From the IMG/VR virus record IMGVR_UViG_3300014205_000206, positions 1 to 64,000 of that record: a DNA stretch of 64,000 nt; one strand, 5' to 3'. This DNA comes from a virus (Duplodnaviria; Caudoviricetes). Both the position numbers and the translations under genes were made by a program. The notes below the pieces were generated by a model that worked only from the letters and a program-made list of their open reading frames with translations, did no database searches and was not told where the DNA came from. This document shows, piece after piece, positions 53,801 to 64,000 of the stretch (within the stretch, counting starts at the first letter, position 1; each line of letters opens with the position of its first letter).

Positions 53801-55286
53801 ATGACACTTTTCGACTTGCTGATGGCGATTGGCTTGATGCTCGCTTCGGGAGCCGTCATGGTCCGGCTCGACAAAGGCATGAGCGAGCGCGAGTTGCTCG
53901 CCTACCACCTCAAGCAGAACCGCAAGCGTCGGGCGCTGCGGGCGGTGGCCAAGTGAGCGATCTCAAGGCGGCAGAGTGGACTTCGCTGAGCGTGGACGAG
54001 GCGTTCAAGCGCCGGGACGAGGCAAAGGAGGCGCTTGAAGCCAACGACGCCAAACTTGCAGAACTCACGACCCAGATTTCGGCGCTGTACGACTCGCGAA
54101 GCTACCTCCACGCTAACTACGACTTCGCTGACAAGATGCTCGGACTCGCGATCCAAGCGGAGGAGGCCAAGTGAGTAAGGAAGCGCTCCAGTTCATCTAC
54201 GACGCGCTTATCGTCGGCGCTGTTGGCGAGCAGAGCGACGGACTTCCTTGGGGAGTCCAGATCGAAGTGTGGAAGTTCATCGAGGAACTCGAAGCCAAGA
54301 TCAAGGAGGCAAAGTGACCAGCACCGACTACCGAGCGAAGTACAAGGAGTGGGACGAGCATGTGAAGGCGGCTGAGCAACTTTTGGCGGAGGCGAAAGCA
54401 AGCGTCGAGCGCTCCAAGCGTGTGCTTTTGGACGCCGAAGGGCTGCTCTGGAAAGCCAAGTTCGAGCGCCGGGAGTGCGAGGACATGTTCTTTCTTCAGG
54501 TCCAGTACGAAGAGGCGCTCGAATCGGCTGGCAACACGGCAAGCCCAAATTCGGGCGAAAGGGGCTTCGAACCTGGCTGCGGTTGCTGTTCGGGTCCGGA
54601 AGCGGATCGTTGCTGCTGCTCCATACACCAAGACGTGTCGCGAGGACTTCTCCCGCACAAGTGTTCGCTCCACATGTAGGTCGGCTACTAAGTAGAGCCT
54701 GAAGCCTATGCCGGGAGCCTAAATACTCCCCGGCATTGCTTGAGGCCCGGACTTACCCGAGCCCAAAGGAGGAAGTATGGCCCGTCAAGACATGACGCAG
54801 CAGGAAGCCGAACGCTTGGTTCACCAGCAGTACGGCCAGCTTCAAACCGCCACTCTCACGCTGGTCGAGCTGTACGAAGCTCGCATGATCTCCAAGCAAG
54901 CTCGCGAGATGCGTCGAGAGCAGCGGCAGCTCCACAGCTCGGGTCTGGAGTACATCGGGAACTATGACGAAGTGGACGAAGGCGGCTTGCTGTGGGACGG
55001 CGGGATCGCGGAGGGCTGAGTCATGTGGATGCCAGTAGAAGCGCCTGATGGGTACGTCGCTGAACTTGTTCAGTGTGAATCCAAGTGGTTGTGGATGCTT
55101 TGGACCAAGCGCGAGGCCGATGAGTTTTGGGTCTACTGCGATGAGTTCAAGTCCACGCATGTAGGGCTCGAAGCTATGGTTGAACTTGCAGAATGCACCT
55201 TGCTTGATCCTATTTACGGCGCTGTTTCACTCTGCAACCGGGTGTCCGGCTGGAAAGAACGCGACTGGGAATTCGAGAAACCTTGA
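53801..55286 (+). CDS. run of six small hypothetical genes (53801-53956, 53953-54174, 54171-54317, 54314-54679, 54777-55019, 55023-55286)
   Basis: RBSs and GTGA overlaps. Confidence 0.65.
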
Positions 55287-55360
55287 AGATTGAAAGGTTG
55301 GGGTGCTCCACAGGCGGGGCGCCTCCCTTTGAGCCTTCAACGCCCGTTTAGTATATGTCC

Positions 55361-55660
55361 ACTTTTTTTTGTTCACACAAAACCAAACCAAAGTGGTCTA
55401 CGCGCTGCAGAAGATGGTCCGGAGGAGTGCACAGAGAAACTGTGAACTACTTCACTGAGTCTTTGTGAACATGGTATTCAAGAGCTTGTGGAAAAGCTGT
55501 GGAAAAAAAGACGTTTTATTTAGGAAGTCGTTTTTATTTACTCTAAATTAGCAATCCTAAGCCATGTAACATGAGAAAACAAAGGACTTAGGTAGTGAAT
55601 TTAGGGATTTAAGACTGGGAAATGCCTTTCATGTTTGTAGGTTTTGATTTTTTTCTCCTA
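55361..55660. other. candidate replication origin: DnaA-box-like 9-mers plus AT-rich tract
   Basis: TGTGGAAAA at 55487 and 55498; TGTGAAC variants at 55441 and 55464; TTGTTCACA at 55369; (G)CGTTTT(T)ATTTA repeats. Confidence 0.5.
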
Positions 55661-55758
55661 TATACAGGATGGCCTTTTTCGTTTTGCTGCCATTTTGGCA
55701 CCCCCACCTTGCTTTCCAATCTAACAGCCTTTTGACCACGAAACGGAGGGTAAAGCTA

Positions 55759-57180
55759 ATGTGCCTTTGTTCGATTGGCTACGTTTGCTCTTCGTGCGCC
55801 GAGCGAGACCATCTGCTCCGCCAGCACGAAGCCAACCAGGTCGCCCGAGACTTCGCACTGGAGTACGTCGGCTGGTACAGCCCTGAGCCCAATGTGGACG
55901 CGGCTTCCGAGGAGATCAAGAGCTATGAATGACATCCTTGTGTGGGCGTTCTTTTCCGCGCTGGTCGTTGGCATCCTGCTCTTCGCGGGATGGCTGGAAC
56001 GCAACTCTTGACCCCGCCCAAGGGCATCACCTCCTACCTCCAACGCCACAAGTTGAACCCTGGTGACCTTCGTATCGAAGTCCACCACCGTGGTCGAGGC
56101 AAGAAAATCGTATTTAAGATCTTCCACAGAGACGTATTCGTGAAGCAGTGCGCTGACCGCACCGAGACTTTACAATGGATGCGAGGCGACGAGCCTCAAT
56201 CCTCCCTCTTCTAGAAAGGAGCTTCCATGATGAGCTACGAGCAGTACATGCGTTGGCTGCGGCTGAGCGGGCGAGTATGAGCGACACCAAACTCGTCCAG
56301 ATCGACACCGAGACGCTCGAAACGCTGAAGAGCGCAGCATGGCTGTGGAAGTGCGAAGGCCATGGGTATGACGAAGACAACACGCGCATCGGGGTGGCTT
56401 GCTACGAGGCCCAAAGGATCCTTGTGGAAGCATCCATCAACTCTGATTCGAACATCAAGCCGATCTTGGGCTGCCCGTGCGTCTTCTGCCGGAAAGCCCG
56501 CGAGATCGCTGAGCGGGCCGAGCAGGTAGGTTGACATGCTCAAGTTCAGCCCTTCGAATCATCGCAGTGTTGGCCGAGCAGTCCACAGCCTTGAAATCCA
56601 CGAGCCAGTCACCTTGGCCTGCGCCGAGTGTGGCAACGACTTCACACAGTTCCGCAAGCGTCCGCTTCCGTGCTGTCCGCACTGTGAAGCGACGGTTCTG
56701 TCCGCGTGGGAGCGCAACTACGTTGCTCCTGCTCCGAAGAAAGCCTACGGAGCGCCGTCACCTCGAACGAAGTCGCCTTACGCGAGGATGATCCCCAAGA
56801 AGCCGTCGCTCGCCACGGCCACCTCGGCCAAGGGCGTTTCGGCCCCGAAAGCGCCCGTTGCCGACCCGGCAACTCAACTCCGGGATCTACTGGCAGCCCA
56901 GAAGGCGCTGGAAACCATGCTGGCAGCCTCCAGGACCGACGAACGAGCCGGAGCCTGACCCATGACCCTCGCGCAGTGGAAAAACGCCTACAAGACCCCT
57001 TGTAGCGCGGATGGCTTGTCCATCCACAGTGCTGACGTTTCCAAAGAAGCTTTGCGGAACCTTTTCCACCTCGAAGACTACTATGTATCCACGGCTTTGA
57101 GCGGGCCGTCTTACCGCCTTTGCTTGCGGGTTGGCCCACCGCTTGTGGATCTCGCCTACTACCCGGAAGACTGGCAGTAA
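55759..57180 (+). CDS. run of small hypothetical genes (55759-55932, 55925-56011, 56008-56214, 56278-56534, 56536-56958, 56962-57180)
   Basis: Tight packing and overlaps; 56536-56958 has CAEC/CPHC zinc ribbon. Confidence 0.6.
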
Positions 57181-57216
57181 GCAATTAACCAAGCACGCAA
57201 CATAAAGGAGCGCAGT

Positions 57217-57663
57217 ATGCAGCAGTCCGTGGTGCAGCCGATCAACTCGCAGCGAGGCATGGCAGCGCGAGGTAGCCGTGGCCAGTCCGAGTTCTGGACT
57301 CGTCGCAATTCTGGCAAGTTCACTGGCTACCACTGCACCGCAGCGAACAAAGCGCTCAGTCATCGCCACGAGCGCCGTGTGGCTCAGAAGCAGGAGATCC
57401 GCTTCTGGGAGGAAGACGAGCGCATCGCCTTCGAGGCGGACATGAAGGAAATGAACGACTTCTTCGATGACATGGAAGCGGACGAGTACGATCCGGATTA
57501 CGACGACTTGTACTTCGCGACGTTCAAGTACGGCGACTTGGACAGCGATTACTTCACGCGCGAGCAACTGAAGGCGCAGTTGGAAGACGAGTTCAACTAC
57601 CACAACGAGCCCTACTACTCCGGCTGCCCGATCTGCGGCCCGCTCGGCTGCATCCTCGACTGA
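57217..57663 (+). CDS. hypothetical protein with highly acidic C-terminal half
   Basis: AAAGGAG RBS; D/E/Y-rich tract; terminal CPIC..GC. Confidence 0.7.
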   Translation: MQQSVVQPINSQRGMAARGSRGQSEFWTRRNSGKFTGYHCTAANKALSHRHERRVAQKQEIRFWEEDERIAFEADMKEMNDFFDDMEADEYDPDYDDLYFATFKYGDLDSDYFTREQLKAQLEDEFNYHNEPYYSGCPICGPLGCILD

Positions 57664-57668
57664 AAGGA

Positions 57669-58112
57669 GTGAACATGGACGAACTCTACGACGAAGCTGA
57701 GTACCCCACGCGCACGGCGATCATTAAGGCGCTGAAGCGCATGGGCGCCTGCACGGACTCTATGGAGTACATGAAAGGCATGAACGACTGGCAGGAAGCA
57801 TGGGACAAGTGCCAGATGGGAAGCTGGATGGACTGGTATCTTCGCGCGAAGCTGCGCGTCGAGATCGCAAGTGTGAGCGAGCGGGCGGAGGCGGTCAGCA
57901 AGGTGTTGGAGATCGTTGACTCCATCGAGAAAGACGCTCCGTGTGGCTGCGGTTGCGGTTTGAACCTGTACTTCGGGCCGGGAGCGGAGAAGGAACTTGC
58001 AGCCTTGTTCCGCGAGCACTACCCGGTTGCTCCCATCAGCCCGGCGGAGCTCGCACTGAACAAGCGCTTCGACATTTACCACTCCGGCTGCATCGACTAC
58101 ACTTCTACTTAA
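57669..58112 (+). CDS. hypothetical protein
   Basis: AAGGAG RBS; GAC...EAWDKC..GSWMDW motif. Confidence 0.7.
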   Translation: MNMDELYDEAEYPTRTAIIKALKRMGACTDSMEYMKGMNDWQEAWDKCQMGSWMDWYLRAKLRVEIASVSERAEAVSKVLEIVDSIEKDAPCGCGCGLNLYFGPGAEKELAALFREHYPVAPISPAELALNKRFDIYHSGCIDYTST

Positions 58113-58229
58113 GTGACCAAGCACTGACCAAGTTCAACCTTGAGGGTCGAGCTAGACAACCTCCTTAACCTTACGTCTAGCTCCTCCTTGAGGGTCGGAA
58201 CTTACCGGCTCTTTACAGGAGGTGCATTT

Positions 58230-60750
58230 ATGTTCAACAGCGCAAAGCAGCGAGAAGCGCAGCTTGGGGCGGATCTAGCCCGCATCAACAAGCAGTTGGG
58301 CGAGCAGTCGGAGGCGATGGAGGCGTACGCGGACCAGTGCTGGGATCGCTTCGAGCGTGGAGAGATCACCGCTTACCAGCGCGACTCCTACATCATGGAC
58401 GCGGAGGTCGAAGCGGACAGCGCGTTCGATCAGGAATTCAACTTCGACGCTGTGATCGAAAAGGCGGCGAGGCGCTGATGCTCTACTACAAAAGTGGAAG
58501 ATCGCGAGGGAGCATCACCACCATTTGGTGCTTACTGCTGGCCGTCATGTTCGCATGGCGAGGTCAGTGGGCGCTGCACCTTGCAGCCATCGCCGTCGGG
58601 ACAGCGGACGTTGCCTACTCATCATTTCTGACGCTCGCGGCGAGAATCAACAAGATGGAGATCAAGTGAGCATCGCCTCGGAGATCTACTCACTCTCCAT
58701 GGCGAAGTACATCGACAAAGTGGTCGATTTCGAGCTTCAGCGATGGAACATCAAGATTGGAGAAGTTTCGGATCGTATCTTCGAACTATCCATGAAGGCC
58801 GAGGACGACTTCAACAAATTCTCGATGCGGCGCGCTGACGAGAAGTTGAGGCGCTGACATGAGCAATCGCCACCCTTATGCGCTGCGCGACAAGCAGGGT
58901 AGGTTCACGGCCTACGCGCTTGCGTGCGGATACGTCGAGTTTGTTGGCGACTTTGTTGAAATCACTCGCGACCCGCTACTTGGTTTCTACCGCATCGTCC
59001 GAAGTGACCTGCATCGCCTCGGAGAAAAGACGGAAGTCCGTCACCTCTTGAACGAAGCACGAGCTGTCGCTAACAAGTGGGAGAGAGCAAAATGAGACGC
59101 CAGCTCCTCATCAAGAATCTCGGCTCGATTACGAGTGAGTCGCAGAGCAACGCGACGAAAGCGCACATCAAGATCGGCGGGCCGTACTTGAAGACGAAGT
59201 ACGGCAGTAAGTACAGAGTGACTGCGACGCTCACTTTTCGCCCTTGGCCCGTGAAGTATCCAGACAGCGGATGGAGCAGTACGTATACTTTCGATTGCAG
59301 GACGCTGAATGGCGCTCGAACAGCAATGGATGAAATCTGCGCTGTACTTCCGATTCACTGCGACGTGACTTCGGAAGGTTGGTAAGAAGCATCGACAGGA
59401 GGATGAGTATGTACTGCACTCACGGCTACAACATGGACGGCAACGAGAACTTCCGGATGTACGGAAGCAAGTGGCCGCGCAGGAAGCAGCCGCAGTTGTC
59501 GGCGCGTGCGCTGAAGCGGCTGTACCTCTGGCACTGGGACCACATGCAGTGTGTGATGGCTCGGCCTCACCACTACATCACCTACTGGGGCGCTTGGTAT
59601 ACGTCGCTCTGCCTTTTGTGCGACGACTACGGCCTTCAGCACCCAGCAACGCCACTCGAAGTGGCACATGGAGGGAGTAAGTAATGAAGAAGCCTGTGTT
59701 CACGCGAAAGCGGCCAGTGCTAACCCCTGAAAAGGAGATGAAGAACAAAAAAGACTACTACTTCCGCTGGCACACGTACGGCTGTGGCGGAGGATACGAG
59801 TCGAACACTTGGAACGAGCATCAGGATTTTCAGGACTTCGAAGACGCGCTGAACGCCATGACAGACGGAGGCAAGATGGCCCCGTTTTGTGGCGACTGGA
59901 TCGAGTCAATCAAGATCAACAACGAGGAGGAGTAATGCCGATCAAGGACTTCTACACGAAGAAAGACCCGCTGGTTGTCTTCAAGTGGGTCCGCAGTGAC
60001 GGAGGCGCTCCGTGGGGGGGCGGCAAGTGGAATTTGCCGAAAAATGGCAAGCGCGGAGCGATCAAGAGTATCGGTAAGGACTATCCGGTCATGTGCGGTT
60101 ACGGCATCCACGGCTATGCTTGCTTCGAAAGTATGCTCGTTGGACTGCGTTCGGATCGACTGTTCGTGGCCGAGCTGTGGGGCAAAGTTGTTTACTGGGA
60201 AGACGAGAAGGTCGTGGCGCAGAGCGGCAGGCTGTGCTACGAGCTGGCGCTGACGAACGAAGATGGGACGTACGACTCGATGGACAAGATCAAGTCGTCT
60301 TACTGGAACGACGGTCGGAGGTTTCGCACGGGTGCAATTCGGATTCATCTGCTCAACGAGCTGTACGCTCGCTTCGTGAGGATCCAAGAAAATCCGTACG
60401 CTCGCTTCGTGAGGATCCAAGAAAATCCGTACTTTCCAGCGAGATGAAGTTCAACCCGAACGCCTTCATCCCAAGGTTGAGCGTCGCGGATCAAGGACCC
60501 AAGCGCACCGTTTGGTTTGGGTTCCTCGAAGTCACTTCGCAGTCCGTTCCGTACGCCGGGAACTTCTGGCGTTGGTTTTGGACTGGCGAATTGAGCGGAC
60601 GGGAAACGAAGTACAAACTCATAAGGAGAGTAACATGGATGAAGTATTCAACTGGTTTATTCTGATTGGCGGAGCTGCGGTAGTGGCAATGCTTTGGCTT
60701 GTAGTCATCATGATTGCCTTGGTGCTCTACGAAGATCACTTCCAGCGATG
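58230..60750 (+). CDS. run of small hypothetical genes (58230-58478, 58478-58669, 58666-58857, 58860-59095, 59092-59385, 59404-59684, 59684-59935, 59935-60447, 60444-60665 and one further short ORF)
   Basis: Consecutive RBS and overlap architecture. Confidence 0.6.
60363..60432. repeat. 33-bp perfect tandem duplication (YARFVRIQENP x2)
   Basis: GTACGCTCGCTTCGTGAGGATCCAAGAAAATCC twice, plus GTAC. Confidence 0.9.
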
Positions 60751-61374
60751 AGCGAAAATAACGGACTGGAATTGCAAGCAAGACCGAGCGGAGAAACGCA
60801 CTGTCCTCGACCGCAAGTGGGTGACCTGACAGCGGCGGCGATGGCTTATGGATCGTATCGAGGAATCAGCTTCGATATCCGTTGCTCGTCATTTGCAGCC
60901 ATCAACGATTTGAGCAGTGACAAAGAACGCTGGACGTTCTACCTCTACCTTCGTCAGCAGCAGTTCAACGCAGGCGTGTGGGACGACTTCTGGCTGACGC
61001 CTGAGCCGAGCCGCTATGGATCGCTTCGGTACTCCTATCCGTACATGGAGTCTGAGATGATCGGTCGGATCGACTTCCACGGCGGCTGCACGTACTACGA
61101 GAAAGTTGCCGGTGTCGATGACGAGTGGGGAGTCATCAAGGTCGGCTGCGACTACTCGCACTACATGGACGAAGATCAGAAGTACCAGATCCAAGACATC
61201 CTGCACGACGTCTTCATCGCTATCGACTCACTGTACGAGGCGGTGCCGGACATCAAGGTTTTTTGCTGCGGAAACGGCGGCTGGTACTTGGCTCGGGAAG
61301 GATCGTTCAACGAAAGCGGGCGGTCGTTCTACTCGTTCCAGTATCAAGCGACGATGGAGGATCGCAAGCGATGA
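60748..61374 (+). CDS. hypothetical protein
   Basis: FHGGCTYYEK...KVGCDYSHY motif. Confidence 0.7.
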   Translation: MSENNGLELQARPSGETHCPRPQVGDLTAAAMAYGSYRGISFDIRCSSFAAINDLSSDKERWTFYLYLRQQQFNAGVWDDFWLTPEPSRYGSLRYSYPYMESEMIGRIDFHGGCTYYEKVAGVDDEWGVIKVGCDYSHYMDEDQKYQIQDILHDVFIAIDSLYEAVPDIKVFCCGNGGWYLAREGSFNESGRSFYSFQYQATMEDRKR

Positions 61375-61691
61375 CCCGCGAGAACAAGGTGTTCTTTTCG
61401 TCCTTGGTTGCTGGAGCGGTTGCTTTTAGTGCGATGTTCGCTGTTGTTGCGTGCGGAACCCACAAGCCCGAGCAGTCGAAGCCAGCAGCGTCGGGCGGCG
61501 ACGAGTTGATGGAGTACGATGGCCTTCCATCCACCTCTGTGCACTTGTGGAAAGATCCCGACACCGGCTGCGAGTACCTGTACGCCTCGGGCGGCTACGT
61601 CCTGCATCCTCGCATCGCGAGCGATGGCATGACTCACCGAGGATGCCTCAATCCTCATTCACCGGCTCAGTACGTTTCGGAGGGCAAATGA
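61371..61691 (+). CDS. putative lipoprotein
   Basis: Hydrophobic N-terminus ending VVAC; DPDTGCEYL motif. Confidence 0.65.
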   Translation: MTRENKVFFSSLVAGAVAFSAMFAVVACGTHKPEQSKPAASGGDELMEYDGLPSTSVHLWKDPDTGCEYLYASGGYVLHPRIASDGMTHRGCLNPHSPAQYVSEGK

Positions 61692-61758
61692 AAAAGATCG
61701 AGCAGTTCAGTGACTTGATCGGGGAAACGATCAAGTCGATCATTCTTTCTATTAAATA

Positions 61759-61815
61759 GCCCGAAACGAGCCCAGCGAGGCTCGTCGCTGCGTCAAGCGC
61801 AGCCTGACGATGGGC
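61759..61815 (+). ncRNA. type II hammerhead ribozyme
   Basis: GCCC-GAAA-CGAGCC/GGCTCG-TC-GCTGCG/CGCAGC-CTGACGA-T-GGGC; GUC cleavage triplet ending at 61786. Confidence 0.85.
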
Positions 61816-61842
61816 GTCAGTAACAGAAAGGAGTGTGAAGCT

Positions 61843-62819
61843 GTGACCAAAGAAAGCGCACGGTACGTGGTCGTAGTCAATCCGACCGGCTTGGGCAAGG
61901 AAGAACTGCTCATGTTTCAGAACTACCGCTTCGCTCGTCGCACCGCAAGGCAGCGGTGCAGCGACGGACAGGAATTCAACTCCGTCCATGTCTTCAAGGT
62001 GATAGACGGCTCGATGTTCAGGGAGTTCGTTTCCGGGTACACGAAGGAAAGCGGCAAAGTACGGGTGACTTGGTGACCCGCGACGACGCCGAGTACCTCG
62101 AAAGCATGTTCAACGATCTTGGCCGAACCGATTCGAAGTACGGCCACCCGGACAATCAGAAGCGTATTCGGGAGTTCTATCCCGGCAGCAACTACGCCTC
62201 GACAGCTCGACTTGTCGATGAGGCGATGGCGAACCCCGAAAAATTCGGAGTACAGGAGGAGGGATGAGAGTAATCGAAATTCGGCTTTGCGTCACGGTTG
62301 AAGGCGAGAATGCAAGCGAGCTTTTCGAAAATCTAGCCGAAACCGCAAGGAACATCGAAGACACGGTGATTCAGTACGGATCGCTCAAGGAGTTCACGAT
62401 CAAGGAAATCGAACAGGAGGAGGGATGACCAAAGAAGAAATGAAGCAAGAAGACCTATTTCGGTTCGTAATGAACGGACCGCAAGACTTCCAAATTGAGT
62501 TCTGGCGCCATTTCGGGAAGAGCGCCGAGGGGAAAGAGTACAAAGACTTCGCGGATTTCGTCGGCGCGGATCTGGACTTGGCCTTGTCGTACGTCAAGGG
62601 AGCCATGGCCATGTCGAGGATTGCGAGGAAAGGACTGGCAGGATGAGCAAAAAATGGTACATCAGAGTACTGTTCGCCTGCATTGCGTTCCAGCTTGCCG
62701 TCATGGCGTTTCTGCCGGAGTGCAACGAAGCGGCGATGGTTAACCTTGCTGTATTCCTCGTCGCGGCGGGTTGCTGTGCGCTCAACTGGATTCACGAAAA
62801 CAGGAAGAGCGCAAAGTGA
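61843..62819 (+). CDS. run of five small hypothetical genes (61843-62076, 62073-62267, 62264-62428, 62425-62646, 62643-62819)
   Basis: RBSs and ATGA/GTGA overlaps. Confidence 0.6.
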
Positions 62820-64000
62820 GCCGCATCAGCATCCCACACACGCTTGCATCCATCCTGTCCGTTCCGAAGCTTCGGAATAGCTACCTCGTCGGCGGCTGCG
62901 TCCGCGACGCAGTGATGGGGCTCACTCCGAAGGACTTCGACGTTGAAGTCTTCGGCTTGGAGTACGACGAGCTGGCAGCGATCCTCGACAACTTTGGTCG
63001 AGTGGACATTGTCGGCAAGAGCTTCGGAGTCCTGAAGCTGACCAAGAACGGCGAGACGTACGACTTCAACCTACCGCGCATCGACTCGAAAGTTGGCGAC
63101 ACGCATCGCGACTTCAAAGTGCGCGTCGATCACGGGCTGACGCTTCGGCAGGCGGCTTCGAGGCGTGACTTCACTATCAACGCGCTGGCGTATGATCCGA
63201 GGACCGAGGAAGTCATCGACAACTTCGGCGGACTCCACGACATCGAGCACAAGAATCTTCGCCACATTGGTGAGTCGTTCGCGGACGATCCGCTTCGCGT
63301 CATGCGAGGGATGCAGTTCTGCGGGCGCTTCGGACTGAACGTTACCTTCGATACGATGCTTTTGTGTCGCAAGATCAAAGGGACGTTCGACGCGATCTCA
63401 GGAGAGCGCCTGTGGATGGAGTGGTACAAATGGGCAGCAATGTCCACGAAGCCGTCAGACGGGCTGTGGTTTCTGGAAGCAGTCGAGTGGATCGAGCATT
63501 TCCCGATCTTGAAAAACATGGTCGGGTGTGAGCAAGATCCGGAGTGGCACCCAGAAGGTGATGTGATGACGCACACTCATCATTGCTGTGACTCGCTTGT
63601 TGAGTCGGGCGAATGGTTCGTCCGCGACAAGGACGAACGAGCTGTGCTGATGATGGCTGTGCTTCTTCACGACTGCGGCAAGCATCTGGTTACGGAGTGG
63701 GTGATGCGAGACGGAGTCAATCGGATCGTTTCTCCTAATCACGACATGATAGGAGGATCGCTGGCTGGCAACTTCCTTAGCAAGATGAAAGCGCCGGAAG
63801 AGCTACGAAAGCAAGTGAAGGCGCTGGTTTCCTGCCACATGGCGCACTTGAACCAGCCGTCGAAGCGTACGGTAAGGCGGCTGGCCGAGCGGCTGCATCC
63901 GGCGACCATCGAGCAGCTCATGGTGGTGATCCAGGCGGACCACGCGGGTCGGCCTCCGCTGCCGAAGGATATGCCAGCGAACGCGCTGGAAATCAAGCGG
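62816..64000 (+). CDS. cca: CCA-adding enzyme / tRNA nucleotidyltransferase with HD domain, 3'-truncated by the window end
   Basis: Absent from the ORF track (no stop). Manual translation gives LVGGCVRD, KDFDVEV, RRDFTINA, DDPLRVMR, QDPEWHPEGDV and LLHDCGK. Confidence 0.93.
   Translation, partial: MSRISIPHTLASILSVPKLRNSYLVGGCVRDAVMGLTPKDFDVEVFGLEYDELAAILDNFGRVDIVGKSFGVLKLTKNGETYDFNLPRIDSKVGDTHRDFKVRVDHGLTLRQAASRRDFTINALAYDPRTEEVIDNFGGLHDIEHKNLRHIGESFADDPLRVMRGMQFCGRFGLNVTFDTMLLCRKIKGTFDAISGERLWMEWYKWAAMSTKPSDGLWFLEAVEWIEHFPILKNMVGCEQDPEWHPEGDVMTHTHHCCDSLVESGEWFVRDKDERAVLMMAVLLHDCGKHLVTEWVMRDGVNRIVSPNHDMIGGSLAGNFLSKMKAPEELRKQVKALVSCHMAHLNQPSKRTVRRLAERLHPATIEQLMVVIQADHAGRPPLPKDMPANALEIKR

Noticed and set aside
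54690-54776. Twister or pistol ribozyme upstream of 54777
   Set aside because: Only one hairpin (ATGCCGGGAG/CTCCCCGGCAT); the conserved cores and pseudoknots are absent.
1-64000. CRISPR array or diversity-generating retroelement
   Set aside because: No repeat-spacer periodicity and no reverse transcriptase; the tandem repeats found are in-frame coding duplications.
1-64000. Stop-codon reassignment
   Set aside because: Long genes are intact under code 11, all three stops terminate genes, and no suppressor anticodon was found.

Overview
About 64 kb of a lytic, siphovirus-type tailed dsDNA phage genome (genetic code 11; host not determinable from this window). 1-7.2 kb (+): small genes, a metallophosphoesterase, RtcB RNA ligase, and a PRPP-synthetase-like plus nicotinamide-phosphoribosyltransferase-like pair (NARP1-type NAD+ rebuilding). 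7.2-11.0 kb (+): 28 tRNAs covering all 20 amino acids, interspersed with non-tRNA structured RNAs (one YrlA/Y-RNA-like) and an HNH gene. 11.0-41.7 kb (-): complete lysis, tail, head and packaging operon (TerS, TerL, portal, scaffold, MCP, tail tube, frameshifted chaperone, 2230-aa tape measure), preceded by ParB-N and a C5-cytosine methyltransferase. 41.8-49.5 kb (+): SNF2 helicase, HD hydrolase, NADAR, SLOG and GIY-YIG genes. 49.5-64 kb (+): early region with sigma70 promoters, repeated upstream modules, a candidate DnaA-box origin, a hammerhead ribozyme and a truncated CCA-adding enzyme. Two observations stand out. (1) The last eight tRNAs (Gln, Gln, Tyr, Cys, Ser, Leu, Leu, Ser) sit behind their own promoter and a trp-style attenuator whose 23-codon leader contains the run SQLSQCLLSSSY, made only of the amino acids those tRNAs serve. 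(2) A roughly 1-kb tract at the start of the early region lacks [ACG]AG/CT[CGT] on both strands. All calls come from reading the sequence by eye; no database searches or folding programs were run.
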